A DNA stretch of 64,000 nt from Gemmatimonadota bacterium (GTDB lineage Bacteria; Gemmatimonadota; Gemmatimonadetes; Gemmatimonadales; GWC2-71-9). The stretch is from NCBI GenBank assembly GCA_036679605.1, contig JAZDCZ010000386.1, positions 1-64,000 of the forward strand, read 5' to 3'. Made by a program: the position numbers and the translations under genes. Positions within the stretch are counted from its first letter, which is position 1, and each line of letters starts with the position of its first letter. The notes under the pieces were generated by a model. The model saw nothing but the letters and a program-made list of their open reading frames with translations, did no database searches and was not told where the DNA came from. This document shows positions 47,812 through 57,752 of the stretch, piece by piece.

Positions 47812-48294
47812 ATGAGGAAGGCAATGGCAGCGCTTGCGCTGCTTACGATGGCATGTGGTGGTGGGGAACAAGCTGCTCAGGAAGACGAGCAGCTTGCGGC
47901 AGCCCCGCAGACCGGCGTTGCGACCGCCGCGACTGCGCCAGGGACTGGGGTAGTACACGAGATTCAGATGATGCAGAACCCGGACGGGAACTATATGTTC
48001 CAGCCAGCCGCTTTGACTATCAAGGTTGGTGACACGGTACGCTGGATCAACGTAAGCGGATTTCCGCACAATGTGGCCTTTTACGAGGACAAGATCCCAC
48101 AGGGAGCAGCGGATCAGCTAGCATCCCTACTCCCTACTGAGGGCAAGTTGGGTCCTCTTCTGGGAGCATTGCTCACGCAGGCCGATGAGACCTTTGAGGT
48201 ATCCTTTATCAACGTTCCAGCGGGAAGCTACGGGTACTTCTGCGTGCCGCACGAGGCTCTCGGAATGGTCGCGAGCCTAACGATCGAGCAGTAG
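47812..48294 (+). CDS. Plastocyanin/halocyanin-like type I copper lipoprotein
   Basis: Lipobox MAC; ligands in PHNV and YFCVPHEALGM. Confidence 0.93.
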   Translation: MRKAMAALALLTMACGGGEQAAQEDEQLAAAPQTGVATAATAPGTGVVHEIQMMQNPDGNYMFQPAALTIKVGDTVRWINVSGFPHNVAFYEDKIPQGAADQLASLLPTEGKLGPLLGALLTQADETFEVSFINVPAGSYGYFCVPHEALGMVASLTIEQ

Positions 48295-48436
48295 GAACAT
48301 TGGAACGTCCCTGTCTCTGGCTCCCGACCGCGCTGGGCCTGAGACGGAGGCACAATTAGCGAAGGGATCTGCACTGACGCGCATAATATCACTTCTGTTC
48401 AAGCGGAAATATGGCAACCAAGTCTGGGACGCCTTC

Positions 48437-49066
48437 TTGAGACTAACAGGCCTGGCCGCACTCGTTGCAATTCCCTTGGCCGAACTGGCTCCGCGAGCGG
48501 GAGGAATGGTGGGCTTCGCAGTCCTCACCATCTGGGTGAACGGTCCGATTTCCCCATTCCTGCCGTCAACTTACGAGCCGATGCTGATGGTTGTGGGTCG
48601 CGTGTACGAGCCGCTGCTGGTAGCCGTGGTCGGGACGCTGGGCACTATTTATGTCGAGTATCTGAACTACCACCTCTATCGGCGGATCATGACTCTAAAG
48701 GTCCTCGACCGGACAAAGCAGAACCAGAGTGTAAGGAAAGTGCTGCGTCTCTATTCGCGTGCGCCATTCTTCACGGTCTGGATATGTAGCTGGTCCATTT
48801 TCCCCTATTGGCCGGTGCGCTTCATGTCGCCGCTTGTCGGGTACGATGTGCGGCGTCACCTGTTCGCAACGCTTCTGGGAAGGTTCCCTCGCATTTGGTT
48901 CTTTGCGGCACTCGGTACATGGTGGAGCGTGAGTGTAGGGGCCCTATCAATGTGGTCCGCGGGGTCCATAACCCTTGCACTCCTGGTTTACTGGGTTAAG
49001 CGCCGACGTACAAAGGCGGCCAAGAGCCGTAAGGAGCTTGTTACGTTGGAGGTGGCGGAAGGATGA
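48437..49066 (+). CDS. DedA/VTT-family membrane protein
   Basis: Hydrophobic; P-x-E-P early motif and C-terminal LLGRFPR. Start uncertain. Confidence 0.7.
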   Translation: MRLTGLAALVAIPLAELAPRAGGMVGFAVLTIWVNGPISPFLPSTYEPMLMVVGRVYEPLLVAVVGTLGTIYVEYLNYHLYRRIMTLKVLDRTKQNQSVRKVLRLYSRAPFFTVWICSWSIFPYWPVRFMSPLVGYDVRRHLFATLLGRFPRIWFFAALGTWWSVSVGALSMWSAGSITLALLVYWVKRRRTKAAKSRKELVTLEVAEG

Positions 49067-50160
49067 TCTCCCCGTTTGGAACAAGATTGGCGGTAGCAGT
49101 CGTCACCACATTCTTGGTCACGCAAGCGGCGCCGGCCCAGGAGGCCACGAAGGTTCGATTGGTAAACGACGACAAGAATAACGAATTCGTGGTTATTGTC
49201 GGACCGATCGACCTTCCCGCCGGCATGATGCATTCGCACGGTGCACACGGTGCCGTGTTCCCGCCGGTTCAAACCGTTACAATCCCTGAGAGCGTCTACC
49301 TCACTGGGTTCAGTTACGAGGTGGTGGACGGCGAAGGTAAGGGTGTTCCGGCGGAAACGTTGCATCACTTCAATCTGATCAACCCGGACAATCGTGAGCT
49401 GTTTCTGCCGATCTCCCAGAGGATGCTTGCTGTTGGGAGTGAGACCGGCGAGCAGTCGATGCCTTGGTTGTTGCTGGGATATCCGGTGCCCGAGGGCACC
49501 CGAATGGTTGTTGCTTCGATGATGCACAATCCCACCGGCGAGTCATACTCCGGTGCGGAGGTGCGGGTACACTTGAAGTACGTCAAGGCGGGGCGGCCGT
49601 GGCCTTTGTTCAGTGTCTATCCGTTCCAGATGGATGTGGCGTTTCCAGCCGGCGACAAGTCGGTCGACCTGCCGCCAGGCAAATCACAGTTTTTCTACGA
49701 GGCTAGTCCGGCCAAGGAAGGTCGGATCATGGTGATCGGCTCGCACCTACATGCTCTTGCAGAGAGCATCCGGTTTTACGATGTGACCGAGAACAAGCTG
49801 ATCTGGGAAGGTCTCCCGGTCGAAAACGAGGCTGGCGAGCTAACGGGTGTGACGATCGGGCGCCTGTACAAGAGGATGGGTGTGAAGGTGTACCCCGACC
49901 ACAAATACCGTGTCAGTGTGACCTATGACAACCCCGGTACAGACACACTGTACGGGGGGGGGATGGGTGTGGTCGCAGGCGTATTTATGCCATCGGGCGG
50001 GGGAATGTGGCCCCGGGCTAACAAAGACGATGAACTGTATATCTTGGACCGGCAGCACTATCTGCGTGAGGTGCGAGGTGCGTATGAATTGATTGTGGGT
50101 GGTGGTGGAGTGTTACAGCCAGCTGCAGCCGATACTTCACATGGGGAACACGAGCATTAG
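49063..50160 (+). CDS. Secreted PHM/DBH-like binuclear copper monooxygenase candidate
   Basis: Signal peptide; H101-H102, H155, H228-x-H230 and M301 follow PHM-like spacing. His/Met-rich N-terminal loop and C-terminal tail. Confidence 0.7.
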   Translation: MISPFGTRLAVAVVTTFLVTQAAPAQEATKVRLVNDDKNNEFVVIVGPIDLPAGMMHSHGAHGAVFPPVQTVTIPESVYLTGFSYEVVDGEGKGVPAETLHHFNLINPDNRELFLPISQRMLAVGSETGEQSMPWLLLGYPVPEGTRMVVASMMHNPTGESYSGAEVRVHLKYVKAGRPWPLFSVYPFQMDVAFPAGDKSVDLPPGKSQFFYEASPAKEGRIMVIGSHLHALAESIRFYDVTENKLIWEGLPVENEAGELTGVTIGRLYKRMGVKVYPDHKYRVSVTYDNPGTDTLYGGGMGVVAGVFMPSGGGMWPRANKDDELYILDRQHYLREVRGAYELIVGGGGVLQPAAADTSHGEHEH

Positions 50161-50188
50161 TGGTCTGCGCGGCCGACGTTACAGGCCA

Positions 50189-51049
50189 CTAGGAAGTTGC
50201 CCCGGCCCGCCGATTGATCCGAACGCCGGCGATGCCGGCCGGAATCCCAATTGCCAACCCAACGGCGGCGTCGATGCCGTAGTGCATCTGAAGGTAAACG
50301 GTGCCGACAACGAGTAAGATATTTGGCACCAGAAAGATTGCGGCCAGTTTTTTCCATTCGTGAAACAAGGCTACAGTAGTGGCGACACTTGCGGCGACAT
50401 GCGACGACGGAAAAGCCGTGCCGAACGCCGATCCACTCCCAAGCATCCAGTAGACCAATCGAGCGCTCCATACGTCACGCACCACACCCGTGGGATTTTC
50501 GAAAGCATAGTTGGGTCCCGCGACCGGGTAGAGAGCAAAAATCGTGTAGCAAATCATGAAGGCCAGCATGGTTGAGAACAGTACGCTTCGGGCACTAGAT
50601 CTGCGGCCCCTCACGAATAGGAGTACTGTGCCCAGAATGATTATGGGATAGTAGAAAAGATATGCGACATGCAGCAATCCGGACCAAAAGACTGACGGCG
50701 CTGCCCGGATCCATTCGTACGAAATTTGGCCACCAAATATCAGGGCTTCCCAGCGCTGTACTATGGCGTCCCTGGCATAGGTGCTCTCAATGCCCAACTG
50801 GAGCGAGAGTACGCCGAGTTCACCGTAGAGAACGGGTAGCAGGAGCAGCGGGAAAATGTCGTGGACTAGTCCTCCAATTTTCATTTCGGGCTTCACGTGC
50901 GCAAAGAGGAATAATGCTGTGCCTATCAGCGCGTGCAATCCAAACAGCATCCATGTGGCCGGATCGGTCAAAGCTCCGCGATACACAATGAGTAGCGTGA
51001 GGAATATCACGTAGCCGGCGACTAGTTTGTCGACTGGTCTCACAGCCAT
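50189..51049 (-). CDS. PAP2-superfamily (AUR1/IPC synthase-like) lipid phosphotransferase
   Basis: Multi-TM; YPVAGP, AFPSSH and HYGID, with no K-x6-RP motif. SD GGAGG with ATG at 51049. Confidence 0.8.
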   Translation of the reverse strand: MAVRPVDKLVAGYVIFLTLLIVYRGALTDPATWMLFGLHALIGTALFLFAHVKPEMKIGGLVHDIFPLLLLPVLYGELGVLSLQLGIESTYARDAIVQRWEALIFGGQISYEWIRAAPSVFWSGLLHVAYLFYYPIIILGTVLLFVRGRRSSARSVLFSTMLAFMICYTIFALYPVAGPNYAFENPTGVVRDVWSARLVYWMLGSGSAFGTAFPSSHVAASVATTVALFHEWKKLAAIFLVPNILLVVGTVYLQMHYGIDAAVGLAIGIPAGIAGVRINRRAGATS

Positions 51050-52032
51050 CCCTCCGCGCGATACCATTGTGTGGTTTGTCGCAGCCCCATCTCCATGTTT
51101 ATCTCCGCACGCCACGCAGTGGCACCTTCGAGAGCCGCCGGCGAACAAGTCCATGCCGGGGCCAAGAATTCTTTGCTCTTTTCAGGCGATAGGACACTCA
51201 CAGTTCCCGTCAGTTTGGAGACGACGCCGCTGGCCCACAGAGCCGCCCGCGTAACCGTCGCTGGAATAGAAATCACAACGGGGTGAGCCCTTTTTCGATG
51301 CTCTCCCTTGAGCGCCGCGTAGACCCCCTTCACGAGTGAGCCTGATGTGACGATCTCAGGGTGACAGATGAAGTAAATGTTGTTCGCTTCGCTGTCTGTC
51401 GCGGCATACACCATACCGCGTACGAGATCTGTAACGTATACGATAGAGAGTTGTTGGCGTGGCGAGCCAAAAACGGGCACGATACCCAGTCGAGCTATCT
51501 TGAACAATCTGAGAAACTGGACGTCGCGAGGGCCATAGACACTTGGCGGTCGGACTATCGTCCAAGGTAGGCCGCCTTCCCTGACAATGTTCTCGCCGGC
51601 CAGTTTGCTCGCCCCATAGTTGCTTACCGGACGTGGCTGGTCGGTCTCCGTTTTTACTTCGTCGCGCTTTACAGGGCCGGCGGCAGCTTGGCTGCTCACA
51701 TATACAAGTCGCTGAAGATCACGGGCCGCGTCTCTCGTCGCCCCGATGAGGTTGCGGGTTCCCTCAACATTCGTCTCAAAAAACTCGCTGCGATTTCGGG
51801 CCGCAGTTAAGCCCGCTACGTGGAAGACAACGTCGACCCCCTCACATCCTTTCCTTAGCGCAACTATGTCCGAGAGGTCGCCCGGTATGCCGGTGGGGGG
51901 ACGATCAGGAAATATGCGAGCCAACTTGGACGGATCGCGAACGAGACATGTGACATCGTCTCCCCGTTCGATCAAATGATCTACCAGTGCCGATCCGACG
52001 AAACCCGTTCCACCCGTGACAAATACTTTCAT
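51040..52032 (-). CDS. NAD-dependent epimerase/dehydratase SDR; candidate ceramide (3-oxo) reductase
   Basis: TGGTGFVG, VSSQAA and YGASK; located in the SPT operon. Confidence 0.85.
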   Translation of the reverse strand: MKVFVTGGTGFVGSALVDHLIERGDDVTCLVRDPSKLARIFPDRPPTGIPGDLSDIVALRKGCEGVDVVFHVAGLTAARNRSEFFETNVEGTRNLIGATRDAARDLQRLVYVSSQAAAGPVKRDEVKTETDQPRPVSNYGASKLAGENIVREGGLPWTIVRPPSVYGPRDVQFLRLFKIARLGIVPVFGSPRQQLSIVYVTDLVRGMVYAATDSEANNIYFICHPEIVTSGSLVKGVYAALKGEHRKRAHPVVISIPATVTRAALWASGVVSKLTGTVSVLSPEKSKEFLAPAWTCSPAALEGATAWRAEINMEMGLRQTTQWYRAEGWL

Positions 52033-53156
52033 ATTGGACGGTCGTAAATCCTCAAGGTCTTATAGTGCTCGAAACCGAGGCGAACGAGTCCGTTCTTCAT
52101 TGCGGCGTTATCTTCCAAAATCCAACCGGCCTCAGCCCATCTGTATCCGAGTGCATAGCCTTTATCCCAGATCCAGTGGTACATCAGCGCATCGGCGCCG
52201 GTGTTGCGGTATTCCTTGAGTAAGCCTAGCAGAAGGATTCGAACGCGGGTGATCTTGCGCTTGGCCCAAAGAACTTTGAAAATGCCGGGGAATAGACGGC
52301 CTGATGGGTTCGTTTTCAGAGCGACATTGAAGTCAGGAAGAACGGCTGCGAAACCTATCGGCTCATCGCCGCGCTCGGCGAAGATGAGCAACTCCGGCAC
52401 CAACACCGGCTTGAGATCCTTCGCCAGGTGATCGATCTCTGCATCGGTCATTGGGACGAAGCCCCAATTGTTGTCCCATGCCTGATTGTAGATCTGCTTT
52501 ATGCGGGCGACTTCTTCGTCGTAGCGGCTCATGTCGATGCTTCTGAGAGTGATCTTTTTCCGCTTCGTGATCAGCTGTGCTCCACGCAAGAGACGATCCG
52601 GAAGGTTTGGATTCACACTGTGGTACTGGAAGAGATCCTTGGCTTTCTTGAAGCCAGCGCGCTCTACGAGATCGACGTAATATGGTGGATTATGCGGATT
52701 GAGAATCGTTGGTGGTGTATCGAATCCATCGACCAGCAGACCGCACTCGTCATTGGTGGAGAACGATGCCGGTCCTCTCATGATCGTGAGCCCTCGGCTC
52801 GACAACCATTTGGCGGCCTCTGCGAACAGTGCGTCGGCGACCGCTGCTTCGTTCTCGCACTCGAAGAACCCGAAGAACCCCACTTTGTCTTTGTGAATAT
52901 CGTTGTGCGTGTGGTTGTGGATGGCCGCAATTCGTCCAACGATCTTGCGAGTGTCCCCGTTAGCGTACGCGGTGAAATACTCGGCCTCTCCGTGCTCAAA
53001 GAACGGATTCTTCGAGCGCGATAACATCTTCCGCACATCCATACGCAAAACAGGGACCCACGTGGGGTCCCTACGGTGCAGTCTATATGGAAAGGCGATG
53101 AATCGGTTGAGGTCAGCGGCCGACTCAACCGGCCGCACGACGATACCGCCGCTCAA
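52029..53156 (-). CDS. GNAT-fold acyltransferase; candidate bacterial ceramide synthase (bCerS-like)
   Basis: NPFFEH, GRIAA, GFFGFFEC, RGP, NPPYY, WGFVP and WILEDN; coupled to the SPT gene. Confidence 0.82.
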   Translation of the reverse strand: MSGGIVVRPVESAADLNRFIAFPYRLHRRDPTWVPVLRMDVRKMLSRSKNPFFEHGEAEYFTAYANGDTRKIVGRIAAIHNHTHNDIHKDKVGFFGFFECENEAAVADALFAEAAKWLSSRGLTIMRGPASFSTNDECGLLVDGFDTPPTILNPHNPPYYVDLVERAGFKKAKDLFQYHSVNPNLPDRLLRGAQLITKRKKITLRSIDMSRYDEEVARIKQIYNQAWDNNWGFVPMTDAEIDHLAKDLKPVLVPELLIFAERGDEPIGFAAVLPDFNVALKTNPSGRLFPGIFKVLWAKRKITRVRILLLGLLKEYRNTGADALMYHWIWDKGYALGYRWAEAGWILEDNAAMKNGLVRLGFEHYKTLRIYDRPI

Positions 53157-54355
53157 ATAACCCCCATCTCCCTTCCAAGCTTACCGAGTACATCGAGTAC
53201 CGAATCGAGCTGGTCGTCGGTGTGTGTGGCCATGAGGCTTGCCCGCAACCGGCACTGATCGGGTGGCACCGCAGGAGGTACGACGGGATTGGTAAAGACC
53301 CCTGCCTCGAACAACTTCCTCCAGGTCATGAAGGTTCTCTCAAGAGTACCAATGAGTATCGGGATAATAGGCGTTTGTGTCGCTCCAATTTCAAAGCCGA
53401 GGTTCCGGCAACCCTCGCAGAAGCGGCGGGTGTTCTGCCATAATCTGTCTCTTCGTTCCGGCTCCTCGATCATGATTTCCAACGCAGCCAGTACTCCGGC
53501 CGTATTCGACGGCGGCAGGGCGGCCGTAAACATCAAGGGCCGGCTATGGTGCTTGAGGTAGTGTACGACACTCTCCGATGCGGCTACGAATCCACCAATT
53601 GACGCAAGTGACTTTGAGAACGTTCCGACAATGACATCGACCTCGTTTATGAGCCCGAAATGCGATGCCGTGCCGTCACCCTTGGAGCCGAGTACTCCGG
53701 TCGAATGGGCATCGTCCACGGCCAATGCAGCGCCGTACTTTTGCGCGATCTTTACCAACTCAGGGAGGTCGGCGATATCACCTTCCATCGAGTACACGCC
53801 GTCCACGATGATCATGGATCCGCGACCAGATTTTCTTTCCAGCCTGCGCTCTAGCTGGGCCAGGTCGCCATGATTGAACCGCTCCGTCTCTCCGTACGAC
53901 AACTTCGCGCCGTCAACGATGGATGCATGATCGAGCTTGTCGATGAAAACCACATCGCCCCGTCCAACGAGACCGGAGATGAGGCCGAGGTTAGCTTGGT
54001 AGCCCGTAGAAAACACCAACGCCGACTCCTTCGAGAAGAAGTCGGCCAGCCGAGCTTCGAGTTCCTCGTGTAGTTCTATGGTGCCGTTGAGGAACCGGCT
54101 GCCAGTGCAACCCGATCCGAAATTCTCCAACGCCTTTCTTGCCGCTTCTAGCACCCGCGGGTGGTGCGTGAGTCCCAGGTAGTTGTTGGAGCCCATCATA
54201 ATGCGCTCGCGACCCTCGATGACAACTACCGTATCTTCCGCCTTGGAGATCGGCTTGAAGTACGGGTACATGCCCGCCGCCTGTATTTCCCGGGCCTTGG
54301 TGAAGTTGTTGCATTTCTCGAAAAGCTGAACCTGCTGTAAGATCTCTGTGTTCAC
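53153..54355 (-). CDS. spt: Serine palmitoyltransferase (alpha-oxoamine synthase family)
   Basis: GSNNYLGL, GSRFLNGT, HASIVDG, DDAH and GTFSKS; operon with bCerS-like and SDR genes. Confidence 0.82.
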   Translation of the reverse strand: MNTEILQQVQLFEKCNNFTKAREIQAAGMYPYFKPISKAEDTVVVIEGRERIMMGSNNYLGLTHHPRVLEAARKALENFGSGCTGSRFLNGTIELHEELEARLADFFSKESALVFSTGYQANLGLISGLVGRGDVVFIDKLDHASIVDGAKLSYGETERFNHGDLAQLERRLERKSGRGSMIIVDGVYSMEGDIADLPELVKIAQKYGAALAVDDAHSTGVLGSKGDGTASHFGLINEVDVIVGTFSKSLASIGGFVAASESVVHYLKHHSRPLMFTAALPPSNTAGVLAALEIMIEEPERRDRLWQNTRRFCEGCRNLGFEIGATQTPIIPILIGTLERTFMTWRKLFEAGVFTNPVVPPAVPPDQCRLRASLMATHTDDQLDSVLDVLGKLGREMGVI

Positions 54356-54398
54356 TGTTTCTTAGACTCGGCGCCAAAACGTAAGTGGGGCAGATTTC

Positions 54399-55151
54399 AT
54401 GGGTTCAGGGGCAAGTACGATAGTACAGACGGCCTGTAAAACACACAAGCCCCGCCGCGCTGCTGTTGCCCTGGCGGTTATCTCCATAACTCTATTGCCA
54501 TCAACGAGTTGGGCGCAGACTGTGACGGTGCGAGAGCCCGTTGGCCGCTCGCAGGTCTTGTCTGTGGCAGCTAGCGGCGTTGTCTTCCTAATACCACGGA
54601 CATTGAACATCCGAGAAGGACCACCCGGTTGTGCTCCCTGTGCCCGCGGCGCGATCCCGGGGTACGATCGCTGGGCGCTGACTTCACTTGACCACGGATG
54701 GTCCGCGGCTAGCAGCGTAGCGCTAGGAGGATTGGCTGCCGTAACCTGGTTCGATATGGCGCGGGGTCGGGGCAAGCAGGGGCTATCAGAGTGGTCGGCG
54801 TCGGTTGAGTCGGTCTCGTGGGCTCTTGCGACAACCGAGATATTCAAGGCGGCATTGGCTCGCAACCGGCCGATTCTCTATACTGGCGACGCCGTGGACG
54901 TCGCGGATGTGACCGACAGCCGGCGATCGCTCCCATCTGGGCATGCCTCAGCTGCCTTCGCCTTGGCAACGAGTTATGCCATCGCGCAATGGCGGCGGGG
55001 CAACAAACTTCCCGGATGGTTGGCGATGGCTGCGGCCGGTGGTGTCGGAGCAATGCGTGTTATAGCGGGTCGCCATTTCCCATCGGATGTGGTGGCGGGA
55101 GCGGCCCTGGGCACTGCAAGTGCGGTGGTGATTCAGACCATAAGGTTTTGA
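54399..55151 (+). CDS. PAP2-family phosphatase
   Basis: C1 KAALARNRP, C2 PSGH and C3 RVIAGRHFPSD. Confidence 0.88.
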   Translation: MGSGASTIVQTACKTHKPRRAAVALAVISITLLPSTSWAQTVTVREPVGRSQVLSVAASGVVFLIPRTLNIREGPPGCAPCARGAIPGYDRWALTSLDHGWSAASSVALGGLAAVTWFDMARGRGKQGLSEWSASVESVSWALATTEIFKAALARNRPILYTGDAVDVADVTDSRRSLPSGHASAAFALATSYAIAQWRRGNKLPGWLAMAAAGGVGAMRVIAGRHFPSDVVAGAALGTASAVVIQTIRF

Positions 55152-55262
55152 GCTGGCGAAGTGGGATTCGTGATGCACGTCATGGCCACTCGGCCTAGAC
55201 TACTCCTACTTTGCGTCACGTGCATGGAACGGTCCTCGGTTCCCAAGGGTTATAGTTTACGC

Positions 55263-57752
55263 ATGCAAGCCTCGAAACTCGTAACGTGTCTGGCGCTCAA
55301 TATGCTTGCGCTGGCCGCGCTGCCCGCCCCCGCCATGGCACAGAGCGACGTGGAGGAACTCGGCAGGCGGTTTGGATCTACGCCGCCACGCGGGTACTAC
55401 GAGACAATGGCAGCCCGTCCCGACGCATTTCGGTTTTCCCGCAACAATGGATGGATCAGAAGAGCGCGAGTGGTTGCGTCGCGCCGCAATTTGCTTCGAG
55501 CCGAGGGAATGTCTGCGCTCATGACGGCACCGGGTGCCATTATCCAGCAGGGCCCGGCGGTTAGCGGGCAGCTCAACCTTCCGGTGTTCCTGATTCTGTT
55601 TTCTAACACGGACTCAGCGGCGCTCGTAGCGAACCTACCGCACTCTCTGATGAAGACCCGGCTATACGGCACCGATCCTGCGCCCCCCTATTCGATCACC
55701 TCGTATTACAGCGAGATCTCCAACAACACGTTGTCGGTAAACGGCCGAGTGTTCGATTGGACCCGGGTGCCCGGGTTGGATACTCAATACGAGGGTACGG
55801 GAAACGGGCTCGATGCGACGGGAGATATTCCCGGGTTGATAGCAGACATAGTCGGTGCGCTGGACGACACGGTGGATTTTGGGCAATTCGACAACGACGG
55901 CCTCGATGGGATTCCCAATTCAGGTGACGATGACGGTTTCGTCGATGCCATCGTGTTGATTCATCCCGAAGTCGATGGCTCGTGTAAGAACAAGAACCCA
56001 GCTGCGGCAACCAGTATATGGGCGCATCGGTTTAGGGCTTCGGCGTGGTCGGGCGGGCAGGCCTACACGACAAACGATGCATCGAATTCGGGGAGCGTCA
56101 ATATCCGCGTCGATGACTACATAATCCAAGGTGGCCAGGGAGGGAACGACGGCTGTACGAACGATGAACCGCAGGCAATGGGAGTGATCGCCCACGAGAC
56201 AGGCCACCTGTTCGGCTTGCCGGATCTGTACGACACGGGCAACACAGGTTTTGGGATCGGCCGCTGGGGCATCATGGGATCGGGGAACCAACAAGTTCCC
56301 ACGCGTCCTACACACATGTCCGCCTGGTCCAAGGCCGACTTGGGTTGGGTTACAGAGGTCCCGATCGCTCAGGAAACGACGCTCGTCGTATCGCCGGTGG
56401 AGATCTCGGATACTACGTACGTACTGCCGGTGCCCGGCACTCAAGAGTACTTCATTCTCGAGAACCGCCAGCGGATCGGTTCCGATTCGGCGATCATCTC
56501 TCCGGGATTGCTGATCTGGCATGTGGACTCACTCCAAGTCCGACTGCGTCGCGGGTTCAACGTTGTGAACGCCGCGCTTCCCAACGCGGTGGCGCTGGAA
56601 CAGGCCGATGGACGCGTTGATCTTCAGAACCGTATAAACAAGGGAGACGTGTCGGATCCATTTCCCGGCAGCGCGTCGAACAGATCGTTTGGCAGGGCGA
56701 CCACTCCGTCAAGTTTGGCGAACGACGGTTCGTTGTCTTTCGTCGAACTCGATTCGATCACACAGGTGAGTCCGAACGGTCCGATCAGCGTCAAGGTCGC
56801 TTTCGACCGGCCGGTGGCCATAGCCGCAACCGACACGAACGCAGTTTTTCGCTTGGACGGCGTCGAGCATAACCGGTTCGTAGAATTTCTCACGTCAGGG
56901 TCGGTACACACCCTCGACATGGACTTGGTTCAAACTGTCGATCAGGGTAGGCGACGATACACGTGGCTCTCGTGGTCCAACGGGCAACCGCGATCTCACA
57001 GCTTCACAGCCTCTCCGATGGGAAACACGATTGTGGCGAATGTCGCGTCGGAATTCGAACTCAAGGTGACTGCCACGTCCAACGTGGGCTCCGTGAGTGC
57101 AGATGCGGAGATCGACTTGGCGAACGGCACCCTGTTGCCCTCGGATTCGGTCGTGACGCTAGTGGCAAACATAGACTCGGCCGGTGCGGTGTTCGAACAG
57201 TGGCTTGGGCCCGACACCGTTGCCACGGGAGATACTCTGGTTGTCCGTATGACGCGCCCGTTTGCGATTGACGCGCTGTTTGCCGGGCGTCTCTTTGTCA
57301 CCGATGACACGCTGCCGGTGGGGCTCATGGGGTCGCCATACACTCATCAGATCGCCTCATCCGGTGGAACGGGAACGAATATCTGGCAGGCTTCGGGCGG
57401 CACGTTGCCGACAGGCCTCAGCCTGAGTAGCGCTGGACTCATTTCTGGAGTGCCGGAAGAAACCGGGGAGTTCCATATTGCCGTTTCCCTGTTCTCCGGC
57501 TCGCAGACCAGTAGCGACACCGTGAATCTAGAAGTGAGTGCGCCGGCACTGGTTGTGACAGGCGTGCTCGAACAGTTGATCGGATCGAACAGTACTCTGA
57601 GCGATACTGACCTGCGATATCTCGATCTCTTGGGCAATGGGAACAGTCGGTTGGACGTTGGTGACTTCCTAGCGTGGATCGAAGCGACCGGAGGTTCTGT
57701 GTCTGCAGCGGAGATCGCTGCGACTCTAGAGGCAGCGGGGAACAACCGATGA
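55263..57752 (+). CDS. Secreted M6 (immune inhibitor A-like) metalloprotease with Ig-like domains and a dockerin/EF-hand-like tail
   Basis: HETGHLFGLPD, YFILENRQ, GLLIWHVD, GTLPTGLSL..G.ISG.P and DLLGNGNSRLDVGDF. Confidence 0.9.
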   Translation: MQASKLVTCLALNMLALAALPAPAMAQSDVEELGRRFGSTPPRGYYETMAARPDAFRFSRNNGWIRRARVVASRRNLLRAEGMSALMTAPGAIIQQGPAVSGQLNLPVFLILFSNTDSAALVANLPHSLMKTRLYGTDPAPPYSITSYYSEISNNTLSVNGRVFDWTRVPGLDTQYEGTGNGLDATGDIPGLIADIVGALDDTVDFGQFDNDGLDGIPNSGDDDGFVDAIVLIHPEVDGSCKNKNPAAATSIWAHRFRASAWSGGQAYTTNDASNSGSVNIRVDDYIIQGGQGGNDGCTNDEPQAMGVIAHETGHLFGLPDLYDTGNTGFGIGRWGIMGSGNQQVPTRPTHMSAWSKADLGWVTEVPIAQETTLVVSPVEISDTTYVLPVPGTQEYFILENRQRIGSDSAIISPGLLIWHVDSLQVRLRRGFNVVNAALPNAVALEQADGRVDLQNRINKGDVSDPFPGSASNRSFGRATTPSSLANDGSLSFVELDSITQVSPNGPISVKVAFDRPVAIAATDTNAVFRLDGVEHNRFVEFLTSGSVHTLDMDLVQTVDQGRRRYTWLSWSNGQPRSHSFTASPMGNTIVANVASEFELKVTATSNVGSVSADAEIDLANGTLLPSDSVVTLVANIDSAGAVFEQWLGPDTVATGDTLVVRMTRPFAIDALFAGRLFVTDDTLPVGLMGSPYTHQIASSGGTGTNIWQASGGTLPTGLSLSSAGLISGVPEETGEFHIAVSLFSGSQTSSDTVNLEVSAPALVVTGVLEQLIGSNSTLSDTDLRYLDLLGNGNSRLDVGDFLAWIEATGGSVSAAEIAATLEAAGNNR

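Noticed and set aside
53153..54355. bioF or kbl annotation
   Set aside because: No biotin or tdh genes are nearby; GTFSKS and coupling to bCerS-like and SDR genes favour SPT, though this is not proven.
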